From IMG/VR virus record IMGVR_UViG_3300007640_000027: DNA of 64,000 nt. One strand, written 5' to 3'. The stretch is from a virus. The first letter of the stretch is position 1, and each line of letters starts with the position of its first letter. The notes under the pieces were generated by a model. That model had not been told where the DNA came from. It saw nothing but the letters and a program-made list of their open reading frames with translations, and ran no database searches. Position numbers and translations under genes: made by a program. Positions 31,570-41,212 of this stretch are shown here, in pieces.

Positions 31570-33405
31570 TTAACCGTAAGCTGTACTAGAATCATTAATG
31601 GCATCTTTAATTAATGTTTTTAAATTACCTTGTATTTCTGTATCCGTTCTAATAATATTTGCGATTTCATTTGCAGCCATTTGATTACCTCTCACATTCA
31701 CATCTAATGATATCTGCATAGGTTGATTAAATTTAACCTCAGCAACTGTATTATTTGAATTAGGATTAAGTGCTTTAAAATCAATAAATTGTGGGGGTGC
31801 TGAAGTAGTATCTGATAGTTCAGATTTAACTTGTGATGGTCTCACTTCTCCATTATTATTATTTTGTGGTGTTTCCGTTACTACCTCTTCACCAGTAATT
31901 ACTCTACCTTCTTTACCATAAACATTAGTTTTTTCTGAATTAACTTTTAATTCCTCAGTTTTGAATGCATCTAACATTTGATTAAATACTTTATCAGCAT
32001 AACCCTCTTCACTAGCTAATCTTTTTAAATCTATTTGTGCAATTGATTCTATATATTCTGTTATTACAGTCTCACTAGTGCTGATCATTTTACCTAAGTT
32101 TTCTTCTATAAAATCAGAAGTTGCACCATAAAAAGTTTTTAAACTACTTGTTATTCCTACAACAGCATCTCTTCCTTCTGTTAGAAGTGCAGCACCAGGT
32201 TGAAACTCAATTTTAGATATTTGAGCGAGTATCTCTTCTTGAACACTAAGTTGATCGTCGGCGATTTGCTTTTGACTTTTTCCCTCTAACTCTTGTAAGT
32301 CTCTTAATTCTTTAAAATTACCAGCAGTAAGTCGTGAAACTTCAATACTATCATCCATATTCGGAAGTTTAATTTTCAACTCCCCTTCAGTATCAAATTC
32401 TGAAAGATTTTTCACCAATTCTTGATACTCCATAGGTATAGTACCAAGACCTTCAATTACTGATAATTTTTCTTGTTCTTGTTTAGAACGCATCGCCTGT
32501 TCGGCCAAATCACTATAAGACATACCCAGCTGATCTGCCATAGTTCTCAAACGATACATTTGAGTAACAGGAATATCAAATTTACCTGTTTCTTTGTTAA
32601 AACTCACCGCACTTGCCGCTGCTTCCATAATTGAATCTTGTAGACCACCCATATCTTGTTGTGCCATATACAACATTTGCATAGGGTCACCCAACTTACC
32701 TATCTCACCACCCATCATTTGGAAACTTGCAGCCATTTCAATTGCTTGTTCAGGATCCATTAACTTATCTGCCAATTCAACAGTTTTGCCAAAGTCAAAA
32801 CGTAATGATTGTGCACGTGCAACCATTTCAGAAAGACCATCAATACCATTTTTGAAATTATATCCAGCCAAAAGTTTTACGTTATCGGCAATAACCCCCA
32901 TGAATTGATTCACATTCAATCCATAATTTCTTGCCATATTGGACATATCTTCCAAATTATCAATCATATAATCCGTACTCAATCCCAATGTGTCAAAAGC
33001 CTCTTCAAATTTTGCCATTTCATCAGCTGCCAAACCTGTGTTTCTGGCAATCAGTTGCATATCAATTATTTGATTTTTGGTAAAGAAATTAGTTCTTTGT
33101 AGCGATTGATTGAGTTTAGAAAATAAATCAATATTGTCCTCAATAGAAACACCAAATTCCAGTGTCGCCATTGTAGTGTCCGTTAAAACTTTTTCTAATT
33201 GTCTAACAGTTTCGGGTCCTCTCTGTAGTACTTCCCTATTTAAATTTACAATCTGCTGATTTATATTCAAAGCAGATTCAAACATCTTATTAGGAACTAA
33301 ATTTTTTAATGTGTCTTGTAATTTGAATAAACTATCAGTAGTTGCATTTGTAGAACTACTTAAATTTTTCATCGCATTATTTGCATCACCAATTGTACCC
33401 GCCAT
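31570..33405 (-). CDS. Tail tape measure protein
   Basis: 611 aa, helical A/M/Q/L-rich (RLRTMADQLGMSYSDL); canonical position after tube and chaperone genes. Confidence 0.65.
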   Translation of the reverse strand: MAGTIGDANNAMKNLSSSTNATTDSLFKLQDTLKNLVPNKMFESALNINQQIVNLNREVLQRGPETVRQLEKVLTDTTMATLEFGVSIEDNIDLFSKLNQSLQRTNFFTKNQIIDMQLIARNTGLAADEMAKFEEAFDTLGLSTDYMIDNLEDMSNMARNYGLNVNQFMGVIADNVKLLAGYNFKNGIDGLSEMVARAQSLRFDFGKTVELADKLMDPEQAIEMAASFQMMGGEIGKLGDPMQMLYMAQQDMGGLQDSIMEAAASAVSFNKETGKFDIPVTQMYRLRTMADQLGMSYSDLAEQAMRSKQEQEKLSVIEGLGTIPMEYQELVKNLSEFDTEGELKIKLPNMDDSIEVSRLTAGNFKELRDLQELEGKSQKQIADDQLSVQEEILAQISKIEFQPGAALLTEGRDAVVGITSSLKTFYGATSDFIEENLGKMISTSETVITEYIESIAQIDLKRLASEEGYADKVFNQMLDAFKTEELKVNSEKTNVYGKEGRVITGEEVVTETPQNNNNGEVRPSQVKSELSDTTSAPPQFIDFKALNPNSNNTVAEVKFNQPMQISLDVNVRGNQMAANEIANIIRTDTEIQGNLKTLIKDAINDSSTAYG

Positions 33406-33443
33406 GTGTAGATTTCTTTTCTAATAAATATTACACCTAAGAA

Positions 33444-33599
33444 TTATTTGCTTTGATTTTCTTCAATCAGCTTGTTAATGAAGTATTTTCTTTCATAGGT
33501 AGGCATAATCATTATATCCCCATAAGAAAAATGAGCATATTTAATCAGATAATAAATTTCATCTAATAAGTTTTTTCTATGTTCAGAAGAAAGGGCGAA
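33444..33599 (-). CDS. Unannotated 51-codon frame (FALSSEHRKNLLDEIYYLIKYAHFSYGDIMIMPTYERKYFINKLIEENQSK); likely C-terminal tail-chaperone segment reached by frameshift
   Basis: Open +1 frame relative to 33583..34329 that fills the gap up to the tape measure gene; no ATG at its 5' end, only a TTG at 33608. Confidence 0.65.
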   Translation of the reverse strand, partial: FALSSEHRKNLLDEIYYLIKYAHFSYGDIMIMPTYERKYFINKLIEENQSK

Positions 33600-34329
33600 A
33601 AAACTCAACCCCGAAAGAGATATTAATCTCTACATTCTCTCCTGACGGGGCTTTTACATTTCTTTTTAGGTCCAATCTTGGTTCAGCTTTTGCCATCAAT
33701 TTTTTGATGTGTTTGCTATCCATAATTGGTAAGTTATTTATAAATTCACTTTTTTTGCTTTCGTCTACTCCTTCAATTTTAACGATCATTCGTTCCAAAC
33801 GAGTAGTTGATACGGGTGCAATCACACCATCAGGATATTGTTCAATAATATTGTTAATTTCTTGAAGATCTTTTGATGATAAAATTCTACAATAAACTTT
33901 TTTATTTGATTTCGTCAAACTAATTTCAAATAGACCCTCTTCATTTGGTGTAATTTCAGGATCCAATACAGATACACGGTCCAACATTACTGAAGATTCA
34001 AAAAATTTGTTTGTTGCAGGATCTTTTACTTTAAAAGTATATTCAGGACCGAACGAGGAGTTCCTTAAGAAAATAAGGATCGCTTGGATATCCACGTCCA
34101 ACAATTCATCAATATTTACATCGGGTTCATAAATTTTTTCTCTTAATAATGTTTTAATAAGATTATCATTCTGATTAGCGTTCATTATTAAATTTTCATC
34201 TTTGGCTGTTAAATAACCAACCTTAACTGATTTTTTCCCATTTTTATAGAACTTACCTTCAGAGGGTAATTTAACCACATCGTGTGGTAAATCAAAGTTC
34301 ATTTGTCCATATTGTGTTGTTTGATCCAT
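33583..34329 (-). CDS. Baseplate hub assembly / tail assembly chaperone (T4 gp26-like)
   Basis: VKLPSEGKFY...YLTAKDENLI...DIQAILIFLRNSSFG; between tube and tape measure; ends in FF. Confidence 0.7.
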   Translation of the reverse strand: MDQTTQYGQMNFDLPHDVVKLPSEGKFYKNGKKSVKVGYLTAKDENLIMNANQNDNLIKTLLREKIYEPDVNIDELLDVDIQAILIFLRNSSFGPEYTFKVKDPATNKFFESSVMLDRVSVLDPEITPNEEGLFEISLTKSNKKVYCRILSSKDLQEINNIIEQYPDGVIAPVSTTRLERMIVKIEGVDESKKSEFINNLPIMDSKHIKKLMAKAEPRLDLKRNVKAPSGENVEINISFGVEFFRPFF

Positions 34330-34385
34330 AGTTTTTAACCTTTTTAATAATTAAATATAATTGAAGAAATAATTTTTTGTAGTAT

Positions 34386-34427
34386 AAAAAAAGAAAATCC
34401 ACAACCTACCGAAATAGATTGTGGATT
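34386..34427 (-). terminator. Intrinsic terminator after the tail tube gene
   Basis: AATCCACAA / TTGTGGATT stem followed by a T-rich run on the minus strand. Confidence 0.7.
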
Positions 34428-34452
34428 GTATAAAATATGTATTGTTTTTAAA

Positions 34453-34944
34453 TTAGTATACTAATATACATCTGTCAGGACGTAACGTAGCTGAAATTGT
34501 TGCCAACCCGTCATCACCATAACTTAAATCGTTAAAGTTAACGTTCGTTAAGAAAGTTCCCTGTAAAATCCATTTTTCAACAGCAACTCCTGTAGGATCC
34601 AACATTTCCAAAGTAACGTCATCTTTTTTGTAACCCGCAGCATAACCCATTCTACCTGTTACAGATTCTGCGTGTAATCTAACCCACTCCATCAACGCTT
34701 GTGCAGCTGAAGGTCCGATTGGATCTCTAAATGTTACGTTTATTGTTTCCCAAGTAAAACGTCCTGCAACATATGTTTCCGTATTTAAAAACGGTATTGG
34801 TGTTGCTCCGATGTTTATTTGTGGTCTTGATGCCGACTCTACAAACCATGAATTAATTCCCAATGAAGAAGGAAAAGATAAGATAAATCTATTCTTTCTT
34901 TTGGGTTCATACGGTACGGGCATTTTCATTAATAAATCTGCCAT
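34453..34944 (-). CDS. Tail tube protein (T4 gp19-like)
   Basis: EPKRKNRF...YVAGRFTWETINVTFRD...EWVR...YKKD...LDPTG..VEKWILQG. Confidence 0.88.
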   Translation of the reverse strand: MADLLMKMPVPYEPKRKNRFILSFPSSLGINSWFVESASRPQINIGATPIPFLNTETYVAGRFTWETINVTFRDPIGPSAAQALMEWVRLHAESVTGRMGYAAGYKKDDVTLEMLDPTGVAVEKWILQGTFLTNVNFNDLSYGDDGLATISATLRPDRCILVY

Positions 34945-35035
34945 GGTTTAAATTTTTTTGTTTTTTATTTATTTATAAATATCTCTTAAAGATTTTTCTA
35001 TTTACTTTTTTTTTGATCCAGTTAAAATCTCTATA

Positions 35036-35893
35036 CTAGACTTCTTTTTTCTCCCCTTTACTAGTTAAATATGTTCTAACTGGATTATCTTCATACTCTT
35101 TTTCAAGAAAATCTTTAATCTTTTCAATATTTCTTACATCATCATCAGAAAATCCAATACTAGGTATGAAATTATTAGAAATATCATTCTTTAAAAACGC
35201 TTTCTTACCTAAATTAGAAGACATTTCCTTAACATATGCAATAAATTCTTTTAAAGCCTCTTTTTTAGCCTCTTCAGGATTTGCTTCAGCATTGGTCCCA
35301 AAACTAACAGGATAATACTTACATAAATCCAAATAGTCATTAATTAATTTATTATCATCTTTAATTTTTTCACCCACCAAATCCCTGTATTTTTTAAGGT
35401 TATAAACCAAGATCTCTTTGTTTATACCCATATGGTTCGTTTGAATGAAATTATATATAGATTCCCTTAAAATAGTCGGTGTGTGACCCCTTGCAGTTAT
35501 AATTGCAAAAATAGATCCCGCATTGATACATTCCACAAAATCATTCCACGACGGTCCTGGTTTTGCCAACATTGAATCCACAACAAATTGTTTATCACCC
35601 TCCACTCTAAAGTTTTTAAACGGATTTTCAGAAAAACCAACAATCTTGTGTCCCTTATAATCAAATTCCTCCACACCGATCATTGTACGGTACTCTGCAA
35701 AATCTTCGGTACTCATACCAACTTCCTTTCCATCTTCGTCCAAAACAATAATTTTGGTCGGCATCTCAAGAATGTTGTCGTCCCAATCAAATGCATAATA
35801 CTTTAAATCGGGGTTGTCCTGATCATCAAAACCTTCAAAAAGTTGTTTTGTTTGATAAACCTCGTTTAAGTGTTTTCTTATAATGTGTTTCAT
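35036..35893 (-). CDS. HAD-superfamily phosphatase-like protein
   Basis: Motif I FDWDDN, motif II IITARG, motif IV GFSDDD. Confidence 0.7.
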   Translation of the reverse strand: MKHIIRKHLNEVYQTKQLFEGFDDQDNPDLKYYAFDWDDNILEMPTKIIVLDEDGKEVGMSTEDFAEYRTMIGVEEFDYKGHKIVGFSENPFKNFRVEGDKQFVVDSMLAKPGPSWNDFVECINAGSIFAIITARGHTPTILRESIYNFIQTNHMGINKEILVYNLKKYRDLVGEKIKDDNKLINDYLDLCKYYPVSFGTNAEANPEEAKKEALKEFIAYVKEMSSNLGKKAFLKNDISNNFIPSIGFSDDDVRNIEKIKDFLEKEYEDNPVRTYLTSKGEKKEV

Positions 35894-36033
35894 TTTTCAG
35901 AAGAAATAGTTCCGATTAATCTTTCAAATTGTTCTTCAGTTATCACAATGTTTTGTGGTTTTTCTGAAAAGTATTTTTTTTCAGACCCCTCTAATTTAAG
36001 AGATTCAGTAATTACATTTTTTTTAAATTGCAT
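35890..36033 (-). CDS. Unannotated 47-aa peptide (MQFKKNVITESLKLEGSEKKYFSEKPQNIVITEEQFERLIGTISSEK)
   Basis: ATG 36033; TGA overlaps the ATG of the HAD gene (ATGA); TATTTAT motif upstream; two VITE motifs. Confidence 0.7.
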   Translation of the reverse strand: MQFKKNVITESLKLEGSEKKYFSEKPQNIVITEEQFERLIGTISSEK

Positions 36034-36063
36034 TTTCTTATAGTTTTAAAAAATTTAATTGGC

Positions 36064-36089
36064 AAAGGGGGATCAATTGGTGAACCCCC
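36064..36089 (-). terminator. GC-rich hairpin after the tail sheath gene (terminator or mRNA stabiliser)
   Basis: GGGGGTTCA-CCAAT-TGATCCCCC followed by TTT on the minus strand. Confidence 0.55.
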
Positions 36090-36113
36090 ATAATATAAAT
36101 ATAAGTATATTAA

Positions 36114-39100
36114 TTATACATCTTCAAATGAAGCACCTGTTGGTGTGATCAAGAATTCAATATCAATAAATTCTAATGCTCTTGTTGGTTTGATATAAAT
36201 CTTACCTGTTAGAGTATTTGAATCAAGATCTTCAGGTGTGTCTGTTACTACAACTCTAAAGTCAATAAGACCTCTGTCACGTCTGATGTTTTCCAAGATT
36301 GGATTAACTGAATCCAAGAATTCTTGACGAACCTGTTGATCATTTTGATCAAACAATAGACGTACAGCAACCGCTGAAATCAACTTACGTGCTTGTAATA
36401 ACAATCTTCTCACGTTAATTCTATCAAGTGCTGATTCTCTAACTTGAAGAGTTTTGTTACCCCAAATTACAGTTCCCACATCAGAGAATGTTGCAATTGG
36501 GTTAATTCTTCCTTTATAAAGAATATCACGATCTTCTTGTGTGAGTTTCTTTCTTGCTTTCACTGAATTCACAAGACCACGAGTGTAACCCGCTGAAGCG
36601 AACCAAGGGAATGCGATGTTATCCGTCAACGCCAAGTTTCTTACAACTTCAGCTGTCGGTGGAATATAAACTTGTGTGTTATTAACACTGTCTCTTGTAA
36701 GAACCCAAGGATAATACGTTGCCGTATAGTTTGAGTCAATACCTGTTTCATCTAAATTATCTACTGATTCTTCAGGATAAATGAAATCGGTTGTGAAACT
36801 TCTTGTGTTATTAACAAACATATTGTAATCAGGTGTAGTACAGATATAAACTGAATCAGCACGATCTGTTTCAATCATATCAATTGCACTTTCAACCAAG
36901 TTTGAGTTATTAACATAATCTATACCAGGTGTTACAAACAAGTTGATGTTAACCGCTTCAGGGTTCGCAAATGTTGATTGACCCCATAAGTAAGCATAAT
37001 AATCGGTGTTTGCCCATCTTTGTTTGTCTGGTCCCACGATTTGTTTGAATGCACCCCATCCTGTTGCGTTTGAATAATTTACAGAAGTTGCTGCACCTTT
37101 AAGATAACCTGTATTACCTAATGTAAATGAATCTAAGTTTGTTCTATATTCTCTGTAAATATCCCAACCATCAAAACCACCTGAAGGTGCGATTGTGAAT
37201 TTACGAGCAGATAAACTGAAATATGGGTTATCATTGGTTGATGGATCATTTCTGAATTCTGCAACACCAACCTCAAATTGTGATTGACCTGATGTAATAT
37301 AATTTGAAGGAACTGTAACTACGGTAGCACCTGAATCCATATGGAAACCTTTTGTAAGGTAAGCCCAAGGTGATGATTCTAATGCTTGACCTAAGTTAGT
37401 TGGATTTTGTTTTCCTTTATATTGGAAGAAATCAACATCAATTCCAACTGTATTTGAAACACCCAAATAAGTTCTACGAACTCTATCACCTGCACTTCTT
37501 GTAACATTGTCACCTGAAGCGGTACCAAATGGTGGGTTAAATAAAACTTCACCCGGTGTGTTATATTTTGTTTTATATAATAAATGTGGAGACTTGATTG
37601 AGTTGGACTCATATCTTCTCGTTAAATATCCTCTGAAACCACAAGGTAATGCATCTGTCGGTGCGTCCTCGCTCATTTCCAACATAATAAATGATGATCT
37701 CAATTGATATTCTCCGTTTGAAGTACCCACTTTTTTAGCAACGAAACCATTTTGATTTGGATCTAACGTACAGTTTGTGAATTTTTCTAACACAAATGGA
37801 TTCGCATCCGTATCAAAGAAATCTCTAACAATAATATCAAAAGTTAAGTTTTGAAATGACATATTCACGATTGAAATCTTAACTTGTTGATTCGCTGAAT
37901 TACCATCAGAAATCAATACAAATTTAAATAAGTCATATACTTCATTACCACGCAATTCTGAAACCACATATGGAGTTTCAGGTGTTTGGTAACGATCCAA
38001 ATACCAACCAATTGATGTATTAGTTGCATTATCATTTCTTGCAGAAGGAAGATCAATTAATGTGCAATTTAAACCACGAATCTTACCTTCACGGTATCCA
38101 TAATTTAATAAGTTATAATATGCTTCTTCAACAAATAAAGGAATTTCAGTTCTTGGTTTTGCAAAATTACTCTGACCAAATACTTTGGTAATATAATTTG
38201 TATTAGCCAATGAGAATGAAGTTTCAAATTCAAATGTGTTAGAATCTTTTGTGATACCTGAAATTTTAAATGTATCAAAAGGATTAGAAGTAACTCCCGA
38301 ATACACACCTGAACAGATCATTTGAACATCGGTTAATCCTGATACTTCATATATTGGTCCATCACCTGTACCGTAATCACTAATACCTCTTGAACGTAAA
38401 GTTGCAATTACCATATCATTGTAATCACTAATAGGTGTTCCCGAATAGTTGGTTACATATATAACTGCAGTACCTGAATAAGATCCAGCACCTGTTGAAG
38501 TTAAACCTGTTGTTACCATACCAAAACCAACACCTGTGTATTGACTTGAGTTACTTGGGAACATCGCATAATACCAAGGATCATTTTCTGGTGCAGTGAA
38601 ATCTGCAACATCAGTTGTGATACCATCAACTCCAAATGTTTCACTGAAGCCTGTATATGAAGACGAAGCACCTGTTACTGAACTAAATGTAGATGCCGAT
38701 ACGGTACCCCAAAACTGTGCAGTAGCACCTGAAGTCGCCACATCATTAATCTCACCATTAAAGTGAGCGATAAAATCATCTTCCAATGAAGACTCACCAC
38801 CACTGAATGTAGTATAAGGAAGTGAGAATACCGATGAAATTGATGCTGGTAAATTTTGATTGAAAATTGAAATGGTCGTACTATCACCTGTTACCCCTGA
38901 AAAATCTACACTATATACTGTAGCAGGAGCACTAGTTACGGTAAGACCTGATGAATCCAAATTACCAACTGTGGTAATTGACCACGAAGGACCTGCATCA
39001 TATCCTGAAAGACCCAATACTCTTGTTACGAATAATTGGTTAGATTGTTGAAGATACGCCTTTGCAATGTAGGCTGCTTCGTATTTAGGAATCTGTGTGT

Positions 39101-39305
39101 TCACAAATTTTGCAGGGTTTGTACCACCAAAAATTGTTTGGAATTCATCATAATTTGAGATGAAAATTGGTTCAAATGCCGGACCCGATAAAGTTTCTCC
39201 GACCAACCCTAAGGTTGTAACCCCGACGCTTTGTGCCACAAAACTTAAGTCTCTTTCTGATGTATAAACACCCGGTGAGACAAATACTTTGTTTGATGTC
39301 GCCAT
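36114..39305 (-). CDS. Contractile tail sheath protein (T4 gp18-like)
   Basis: FVSPGVYTSERD, GPAFEP, TATYYPW, PWFASAGYTRG, LYKGRINPI, WGNKTL, RINVRRL, KPTRALEFI. Confidence 0.95.
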   Translation of the reverse strand: MATSNKVFVSPGVYTSERDLSFVAQSVGVTTLGLVGETLSGPAFEPIFISNYDEFQTIFGGTNPAKFVNTQIPKYEAAYIAKAYLQQSNQLFVTRVLGLSGYDAGPSWSITTVGNLDSSGLTVTSAPATVYSVDFSGVTGDSTTISIFNQNLPASISSVFSLPYTTFSGGESSLEDDFIAHFNGEINDVATSGATAQFWGTVSASTFSSVTGASSSYTGFSETFGVDGITTDVADFTAPENDPWYYAMFPSNSSQYTGVGFGMVTTGLTSTGAGSYSGTAVIYVTNYSGTPISDYNDMVIATLRSRGISDYGTGDGPIYEVSGLTDVQMICSGVYSGVTSNPFDTFKISGITKDSNTFEFETSFSLANTNYITKVFGQSNFAKPRTEIPLFVEEAYYNLLNYGYREGKIRGLNCTLIDLPSARNDNATNTSIGWYLDRYQTPETPYVVSELRGNEVYDLFKFVLISDGNSANQQVKISIVNMSFQNLTFDIIVRDFFDTDANPFVLEKFTNCTLDPNQNGFVAKKVGTSNGEYQLRSSFIMLEMSEDAPTDALPCGFRGYLTRRYESNSIKSPHLLYKTKYNTPGEVLFNPPFGTASGDNVTRSAGDRVRRTYLGVSNTVGIDVDFFQYKGKQNPTNLGQALESSPWAYLTKGFHMDSGATVVTVPSNYITSGQSQFEVGVAEFRNDPSTNDNPYFSLSARKFTIAPSGGFDGWDIYREYRTNLDSFTLGNTGYLKGAATSVNYSNATGWGAFKQIVGPDKQRWANTDYYAYLWGQSTFANPEAVNINLFVTPGIDYVNNSNLVESAIDMIETDRADSVYICTTPDYNMFVNNTRSFTTDFIYPEESVDNLDETGIDSNYTATYYPWVLTRDSVNNTQVYIPPTAEVVRNLALTDNIAFPWFASAGYTRGLVNSVKARKKLTQEDRDILYKGRINPIATFSDVGTVIWGNKTLQVRESALDRINVRRLLLQARKLISAVAVRLLFDQNDQQVRQEFLDSVNPILENIRRDRGLIDFRVVVTDTPEDLDSNTLTGKIYIKPTRALEFIDIEFLITPTGASFEDV

Positions 39306-39436
39306 TTTGTTAATTTTATTTGAAATTTATTTTTACTATAAATACTTGGAAAAAAAACAAAAAATTATATTTTCTGTATTTATTTATGGGTCAGTAAGAA
39401 AATTTTCTACCTTTTTTCTGCCAAAAACATTTACCG

Positions 39437-39592
39437 ATGGGGGATATCAAAAACATAAAAATATCAAAAAGAAGTCACGAAGTACTAAAGAAGTATTGTG
39501 AAAAAGAGGGATTGGTTTTGTATAAGTTCTTGGAAAAACTGATTGAGGATCACTGTTCAGAACCGACTGATATATATGGTGATAAATTATAA
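39437..39592 (+). CDS. Unannotated 51-aa ribbon-helix-helix DNA-binding protein
   Basis: MGDIKNIKISKRSHEVLKKYCEKEGLVLYKFLEKLIEDHC...: beta strand (KNIKI), helix, G turn, helix; TATTTAT at 39377-39383 upstream. Confidence 0.7.
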   Translation: MGDIKNIKISKRSHEVLKKYCEKEGLVLYKFLEKLIEDHCSEPTDIYGDKL

Positions 39593-40627
39593 AAGTTGTA
39601 CGTTGCAATAAAGAATCGCTTCTTTTGAATTATCATCTTTTACTATTTCAATAACCACAACATCATTAGTATTAACGGAAATTTCGGTCATATCATCACC
39701 ATAATAATTTCCATTTATATATACTGAAAAACTATCCACATTTTCGCTATTAATGATTTTGATATCTGCGGTGTATCTATATGTTTCGGTAAGTGCGGTT
39801 ATACCTGTGGCAAAATTAATATTTAAATCAAACTGATCTGAATTTTTATTTGGATTGTTAAATCTTTTTGAACTTGATGAAACATCTGTTTCCAATAAGG
39901 TAAGACTTCTTGATATTGCTGGTTTCACTTCAAACTCTTCTTCATCCAACAAAAATCCCATCATCATAAATTCATAATTTTGAACATAATATTTCCTTTT
40001 CTCAATATCCAAAACTGATTCATCGCTGATGCTGTTTAATACGATTGGAATATAATGTCCTTTGATTGTTGCATAAGACTGACGTGATGCAAACTCCTGA
40101 AGAACTTTTTTGTTAAAATCATTCAAATGTCTCATCTTATTGCAGAAAATCTTAATATTATATGTAATATCAACAGGTATTGGTTGAGGTATGGTATATA
40201 TGTCCATACCTTTTCTTTGACCATCCCAAGTTGGAACTTTCGCATATATAAATTGTCTGCGGTTTGGAATATTGTATTGTGTTGAAGGATTGGTACCATA
40301 AGGTACTTCTGGCTTTCTAACTGTAGCAACAAAAGGTGGTCTGATATTTTTATCTAAATCTTGGAAGTTCCAACTCTCCGTGAATTGTGCCCAATTTTGT
40401 GTCGTAATAATAATGTCTATTGTTGGAACCTTTTTTCCGTCTGCAGAAATTTCCAAATTTTCTTTTACAAAATCCAACATACCTCTATCCAAATCAGAAT
40501 GTTGTATTCCTTTTGGAAGATACGTTCCGTCTCTTTCAATATTTTCAAGCAATTCTTCTCTTCTCCTCAATAAAATTTCATCAGGAGTTAAGGGTAATGT
40601 CTTTTTTATTTTTTTTGGTAATGCCAT
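39587..40627 (-). CDS. Tail terminator / sheath stabiliser (T4 gp15-like)
   Basis: PQPIPVDITYNIKIFCNKMRHLNDFNKKVLQEF resembles the gp15 core; between neck and sheath genes; start revised to ATG 40627. Confidence 0.55.
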   Translation of the reverse strand: MALPKKIKKTLPLTPDEILLRRREELLENIERDGTYLPKGIQHSDLDRGMLDFVKENLEISADGKKVPTIDIIITTQNWAQFTESWNFQDLDKNIRPPFVATVRKPEVPYGTNPSTQYNIPNRRQFIYAKVPTWDGQRKGMDIYTIPQPIPVDITYNIKIFCNKMRHLNDFNKKVLQEFASRQSYATIKGHYIPIVLNSISDESVLDIEKRKYYVQNYEFMMMGFLLDEEEFEVKPAISRSLTLLETDVSSSSKRFNNPNKNSDQFDLNINFATGITALTETYRYTADIKIINSENVDSFSVYINGNYYGDDMTEISVNTNDVVVIEIVKDDNSKEAILYCNVQLL

Positions 40628-40652
40628 TAACAATAAATACTAAAGTATAGAA

Positions 40653-41168
40653 TTATAATCCCGTAAATTCACCATCGTTAACTGGTGATGCAACAATGCT
40701 TCTATAAAAAGGTTTGTAACCTCCATAAGTGTGTTTATTATCGCTCACCACACGACCATCATTTACCACCGTATAATAACGAACTCGTGTTTCAGTTTCA
40801 TAATATCCAATGTAGTCACCATATTCAATTTCAATATTTAATTCGTCCAAGTGATTTTGATAAACACCGACTTTTAAATTACCAGGTTCCATTTGAGACA
40901 TTCTTGAATTACCATAATCTTGGTTTTCAGGTTGTTCAATTGTAACATAACCATTAAACTGAACGGGTGGAAGATATTTTATACCATTTTCAACTGTTTC
41001 ACCATATACATCATCTGTTTTTGTTTTTTGACGATCCACACGGTATAACACCAAACTGAAATTCATATCACCCTCCAACCACTCACGGCCCATTGCGATA
41101 TCCAAATCATAATCTTCGGCTCCGAAGAATTTATTTAAGCGAGTAATCGGGACTTTTCTTTGCGACAT
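40653..41168 (-). CDS. Neck / head-closure protein (T4 gp14-like)
   Basis: LYRVD...DDVYGE...IEYGDYI pattern; synteny with gp15-like and sheath genes. Confidence 0.5.
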   Translation of the reverse strand: MSQRKVPITRLNKFFGAEDYDLDIAMGREWLEGDMNFSLVLYRVDRQKTKTDDVYGETVENGIKYLPPVQFNGYVTIEQPENQDYGNSRMSQMEPGNLKVGVYQNHLDELNIEIEYGDYIGYYETETRVRYYTVVNDGRVVSDNKHTYGGYKPFYRSIVASPVNDGEFTGL

Positions 41169-41212
41169 ATTGATTATTTATATAAAATAGATTATATTAT
41201 AAATATTATCAA

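Noticed and set aside
33586-33595. Canonical -1 slippery heptamer C-CCT-TTC at the end of the chaperone gene
   Set aside because: The -1 frame closes after about 8 codons (LLNIEKTY*); the long protein-like frame is +1
8751-41168. Bacterial eCIS, tailocin or T6SS locus
   Set aside because: Interleaved with phage replication genes and neck proteins; no bacterial housekeeping context
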